A stretch of DNA of 64,000 nucleotides from Candidatus Zixiibacteriota bacterium (GTDB lineage: Bacteria; Zixibacteria; MSB-5A5; GN15; FEB-12). Shown in pieces: positions 61,015-64,000 of the stretch; the stretch's first letter is position 1; every line of letters starts with the position of its first letter. The stretch is from assembly GCA_040753875.1 (NCBI GenBank), contig JBFMDV010000024.1:15970-79969 (forward strand), in the 5' to 3' direction. Below the pieces are notes generated by a model. It worked only from the letters and a program-made list of their open reading frames with translations. It did not search any database and was not told the origin of the DNA. A program made the translations under genes and the position numbers.

Positions 61015-64000
61015 ATGGTCGCCGGAGCATTGACGCTGGTAAGCGTGTGTTTCCGGGTTGCGCCGGTGGTCGCACAGGATCGCCCGCTTGAGGCGGACCC
61101 GGCGATACAGCAGGATCAGTTGCAGGTCATCCGAGCCGATTCCCTCGCCCGTGTGCAGAATCATGCGGCAGCCATCGGTCTCGCCCATGAGGCACTCGGA
61201 ACCGTCCTCGACCGAACCGAGGACAAGGACACGCTGGCCATCTTGTGGCTTAATAAGCTCGGCATATACTTCTATCAGACTGCACAATACGATTCGGCCG
61301 AGTTCTACTGGCGCCGCTCTCTTCGCGCTACGGAGGATTGGTTCGGAAATGACCACCCATCGGTGGCCAAGAGCCTCAACAATCTCGCCGTTCTGCATCG
61401 CGACAAAGGGAATTACTCACTGGCATTGCCGCTTTATCTGCGGGCGCTTGAGATCTGGGAACACGCCTATGGACCGGACCATCAACTGGTGGCAACCGCC
61501 GCCAATAATCTTGGGTACTGCTACCACTATTTGGGGCGTTACGACGATGCCAGGGTTCTCTACGAGAGGGCGTTGGCCGGATGGACCAAAGCGTATGGGG
61601 CTGTGCACCACGATGTGGCAAGAGCCATCATCAACCTTGCGAACCTGGCACGTGACCTGGGTCGATTCGCCGAGGCCGAGCGGCGGCTGCGCGATGCCCT
61701 CAATACGATGCAGCACGTATATCAGACCGCTCACCCCGACATCGCCTACTGTCTGAACAACCTGGCGTTTGTCTGCTGGAAGCAGGCCCGCTACGACGAC
61801 GCGAAGGACCTGTATCGACAAGCGTTGGCGATCAATGAAAAGTCTCTTGGCCCGAATCACCCGTATGTGGCCTACAGTCTGCACGGACTGGCGAAATTGG
61901 AGATAGAGAGCAGGGATTACCCAGCGGCGGAGTCCCTCTTATTGCGAGCGCTGGCCGTTCGGCGGGAGACGTTCGGAAACGAGCATGTCGAAGTCGCTAC
62001 GATAGAGAATGACCTGGCGGCAATGTATCTGGACTACGGCCGCCGCGAGCCGGCCGGTCAGCTCGTCGAACATGCGCTCACTATTCGAGAGAGAGCCTAC
62101 GGTCCAGTGCATTCCGATGTCGCCAACAGCCTGTACACGCTGGCCACGCTGCGGCAGCAGGAGTTGAAACCGCGCGAAACCGAAAGTCTGACCACTCAGG
62201 CCGTCGCGGTCTGGGAGAAATGTCTTGGAAAGTCGCATGATAACGTGGCAGCCGGACTTGAACTCCTGGCTCAGTTGGCGCTTGAGAAGGGTCAACCAGA
62301 GGACGGTCTCGATGCGGCCCTCCGCGCTTGTGCGATCCGCCTAAGGAACTTCCGGGCCAACGGCATGGCGCTGTCCGAGCGTGATGCGCTCGCATTCGGC
62401 GGCTCGCTACGGCAATCACTCGATTTGACTCTCGAGATCTACTTCGGCATTGATGTTCCATCCCGCGCGGCAACTGAAACAGTATGCGACTTGATCCTGG
62501 GGACTAAAGGCATGGTGACCGACCAGTTGTTCGAACAGCGACAATTGAGTCGCGTGCGGCAGGACACTCTTTCGGGCAGATTGACTGAAACGCTGCGCCG
62601 GACGAAGTTCCGGTTGTCGGAACTGTATGCTCAGGGTCAGAGTGATGACGCTGTTGCGTACTCGCATGCCACTGATTCCCTCTCCAAAGTAGCGGAAGGT
62701 ATCGAGCAGGAACTGGCGCTGCTGGGCGGATCGTTCCCGGCACGGAGCGGTCAGCGGCCAGTGACGACACTGAACATGCGACAGGCGCTGCCGCAGGCTT
62801 CAGTCATGATGGAGTTCATCAGGTATCGACACCGTCATGCCGAGTATGCTGTCGACGGAGAGTCATATGCGGTCATCGTGCTGAGACCTGACGACCCGGA
62901 GATGCTGGTGCGCCTGGGCCCGGCAGATTCGTTGCATGTGCTGATCAATGAATATCGCCGACAATTCTCAGCTATCGCGAGCGGCGAAATAGCTCCGGAT
63001 TCCCGTGCTGAGACGACGTATCGGCGAATCGCGCAATCACTTTCCGATTTCGTGTGGCGACCGATAGCGCGGTATGTCAAACCAGGTGAACGGTTGTTCC
63101 TTGCCTGTGACGGCGCGTTAAATCTGGTTTCCTTTGCGTCTCTTCCTGTCGAAGATGATCGATACCTGATAGACATTCACCCCGTGCATTACCTGTCGTC
63201 CGGTCGCGATATCCTGAGACCGTCGGCCAGGAAGAAGGCGAGTAATCGATTGTTGGTGATCGGCGACCCGGACTACTTTGCCTGGGCCACGGAAAGCACC
63301 GGTAGGAGTGTTGATACACCTCGTGCGATTCAGACCCCGGGCGTGCGAGGTCAGGTCGCGCCATGTGTAACACTGGAGAATCTGGTGGCCAGTCCGCTCC
63401 CGGGGACACGGCGCGAAGTCGAGACGATAGCAGAGCAGTGGAGCCGGGGTCACGGAAACCAGATAACGATGCTGCTGGGAGCTGAGGCGTCGGAAGAGCA
63501 AGTTGTTGCCAGTATGCCATCGGCGGGCTTCATTCACATCGCCACCCACGGCTTCTTTCTAAGTGATACGTGCCTGCCGAATTGGCCGGCATCACGGCTA
63601 TCAGCGCTTGCTCCAACTGCAAGGCTGAATCCGCTCCTGTTAAGCGGGCTTCTCCTGGCCGGAGTGAACAATCGTACGAGCGGTTCGGGAAGTGGCGATG
63701 GGATACTCACCGCTTACGAAGTCTCGGCGCTTGACCTTGATGCCACAAGGCTCGTCTTCCTTTCAGCATGCGAGAGTGGTGCCGGGCAACTTGTGGACGG
63801 CGAAGGCGTGTACGGATTGCGGCGCGCATTCCAAATGGCGGGCGCATCGACCGTGGTAAGCTCGCTGTGGCCGGTATCAGATGAGCTGACCGGCGATTTG
63901 GTGGCCTGGTTCTATGAGAACCGGAGTTCTGTACTGCCCGATCGCATGCGCGATCTCCAGGTCCGGAAGCTCAACGAACTTCGAAGATCGAATCGGCCGA
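61015..64000 (+). CDS. signal-peptide-bearing TPR (TPR_12/KLC-like) - CHAT domain protein, 3' end cut by the window edge
   Basis: I read frame 1 codon by codon from ATG 61015 to 64000 and found no stop. It is absent from the ORF track for that reason. The N-terminus is MVAGALTLVSVCFRVAPVVAQD. At least 8 TPR units follow (HPSVAKSLNNLAVLHRDKGNY..A..LY.RAL). The CHAT His/Cys dyad contexts are FIHIATHGFF and LVFLSACESG. Confidence 0.85.
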   Translation, partial: MVAGALTLVSVCFRVAPVVAQDRPLEADPAIQQDQLQVIRADSLARVQNHAAAIGLAHEALGTVLDRTEDKDTLAILWLNKLGIYFYQTAQYDSAEFYWRRSLRATEDWFGNDHPSVAKSLNNLAVLHRDKGNYSLALPLYLRALEIWEHAYGPDHQLVATAANNLGYCYHYLGRYDDARVLYERALAGWTKAYGAVHHDVARAIINLANLARDLGRFAEAERRLRDALNTMQHVYQTAHPDIAYCLNNLAFVCWKQARYDDAKDLYRQALAINEKSLGPNHPYVAYSLHGLAKLEIESRDYPAAESLLLRALAVRRETFGNEHVEVATIENDLAAMYLDYGRREPAGQLVEHALTIRERAYGPVHSDVANSLYTLATLRQQELKPRETESLTTQAVAVWEKCLGKSHDNVAAGLELLAQLALEKGQPEDGLDAALRACAIRLRNFRANGMALSERDALAFGGSLRQSLDLTLEIYFGIDVPSRAATETVCDLILGTKGMVTDQLFEQRQLSRVRQDTLSGRLTETLRRTKFRLSELYAQGQSDDAVAYSHATDSLSKVAEGIEQELALLGGSFPARSGQRPVTTLNMRQALPQASVMMEFIRYRHRHAEYAVDGESYAVIVLRPDDPEMLVRLGPADSLHVLINEYRRQFSAIASGEIAPDSRAETTYRRIAQSLSDFVWRPIARYVKPGERLFLACDGALNLVSFASLPVEDDRYLIDIHPVHYLSSGRDILRPSARKKASNRLLVIGDPDYFAWATESTGRSVDTPRAIQTPGVRGQVAPCVTLENLVASPLPGTRREVETIAEQWSRGHGNQITMLLGAEASEEQVVASMPSAGFIHIATHGFFLSDTCLPNWPASRLSALAPTARLNPLLLSGLLLAGVNNRTSGSGSGDGILTAYEVSALDLDATRLVFLSACESGAGQLVDGEGVYGLRRAFQMAGASTVVSSLWPVSDELTGDLVAWFYENRSSVLPDRMRDLQVRKLNELRRSNRP

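Noticed and set aside
61058-61756. 232-aa + strand ORF from the track
   Set aside because: It is out of frame within the TPR-CHAT gene. Its translation is Arg/Ser/Pro/Thr-rich nonsense, whereas frame 1 gives clean TPR repeats with no stop through 64000.
1-64000. CRISPR arrays, tRNA/rRNA genes, transposases, integrases or prophage remnants
   Set aside because: Reading the intergenic regions showed no direct-repeat/spacer arrays and no tRNA-like T-arm/acceptor patterns. No ORF carries DDE, tyrosine- or serine-recombinase motifs. I could not run a covariance-model scan.

Overview
This is a 64-kb window from a moderately GC-rich bacterium. It looks diderm, based on SPOR and LpoB-like lipoproteins, an outer-membrane-type beta-barrel, sigma-54 machinery and a Ser/Thr kinase with TPR repeats. 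The phylum cannot be fixed from sequence alone. I support about 50 protein-coding genes and saw no rRNA, tRNA, CRISPR array, transposase or integrase. The many long antisense ORFs in the supplied track are GC-driven shadow ORFs.

Layout, left to right:
- (1) A nine-gene minus-strand housekeeping operon at 1-7269: guanylyltransferase, SPOR lipoprotein, tsaC, LMW-PTP, DUF3108, DHS-like protein, fused formimidoyltransferase-cyclodeaminase, PHP phosphoesterase and a secreted protein. Several junctions are ATGA/GTGA overlaps.
- (2) A translationally coupled trio at 7598-11284: membrane protein, metallophosphoesterase, amidohydrolase.
- (3) An iorA-iorB-buk-ptb-ptb fermentation operon at 11298-16690, preceded by a structured leader.
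- (4) mntP and a small conserved gene.
- (5) An Rrf2-sufCBD-Rieske-sufS-sufU-sufT Fe-S operon at 18176-24668.
- (6) A MacAB-like efflux set and an ABC-2 pair at 24826-31544.
- (7) An lpoB-like gene with a partner lipoprotein.
- (8) A disrupted beta-propeller/TSP3/dockerin-like gene at 34018-35875.
- (9) A minus-strand operon of three lipoproteins, an OM beta-barrel and an orphan ketoacyl synthase at 35943-42927. It sits behind a sigma-54-type promoter and is divergent from a GAF sigma-54 activator.
- (10) Ser/Thr kinase, GNAT, wHTH and glnS.
- (11) Three large secreted proteins at 50695-60428, two of them peptidases. They share a Cys-bracketed dockerin-like C-terminal module with the disrupted gene in (8).
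- (12) A signal-peptide-bearing TPR-CHAT protein that runs off the right edge.

The most interesting candidates for undescribed biology are the sigma-54/ketoacyl-synthase/lipoprotein operon and the dockerin-like peptidase cluster.
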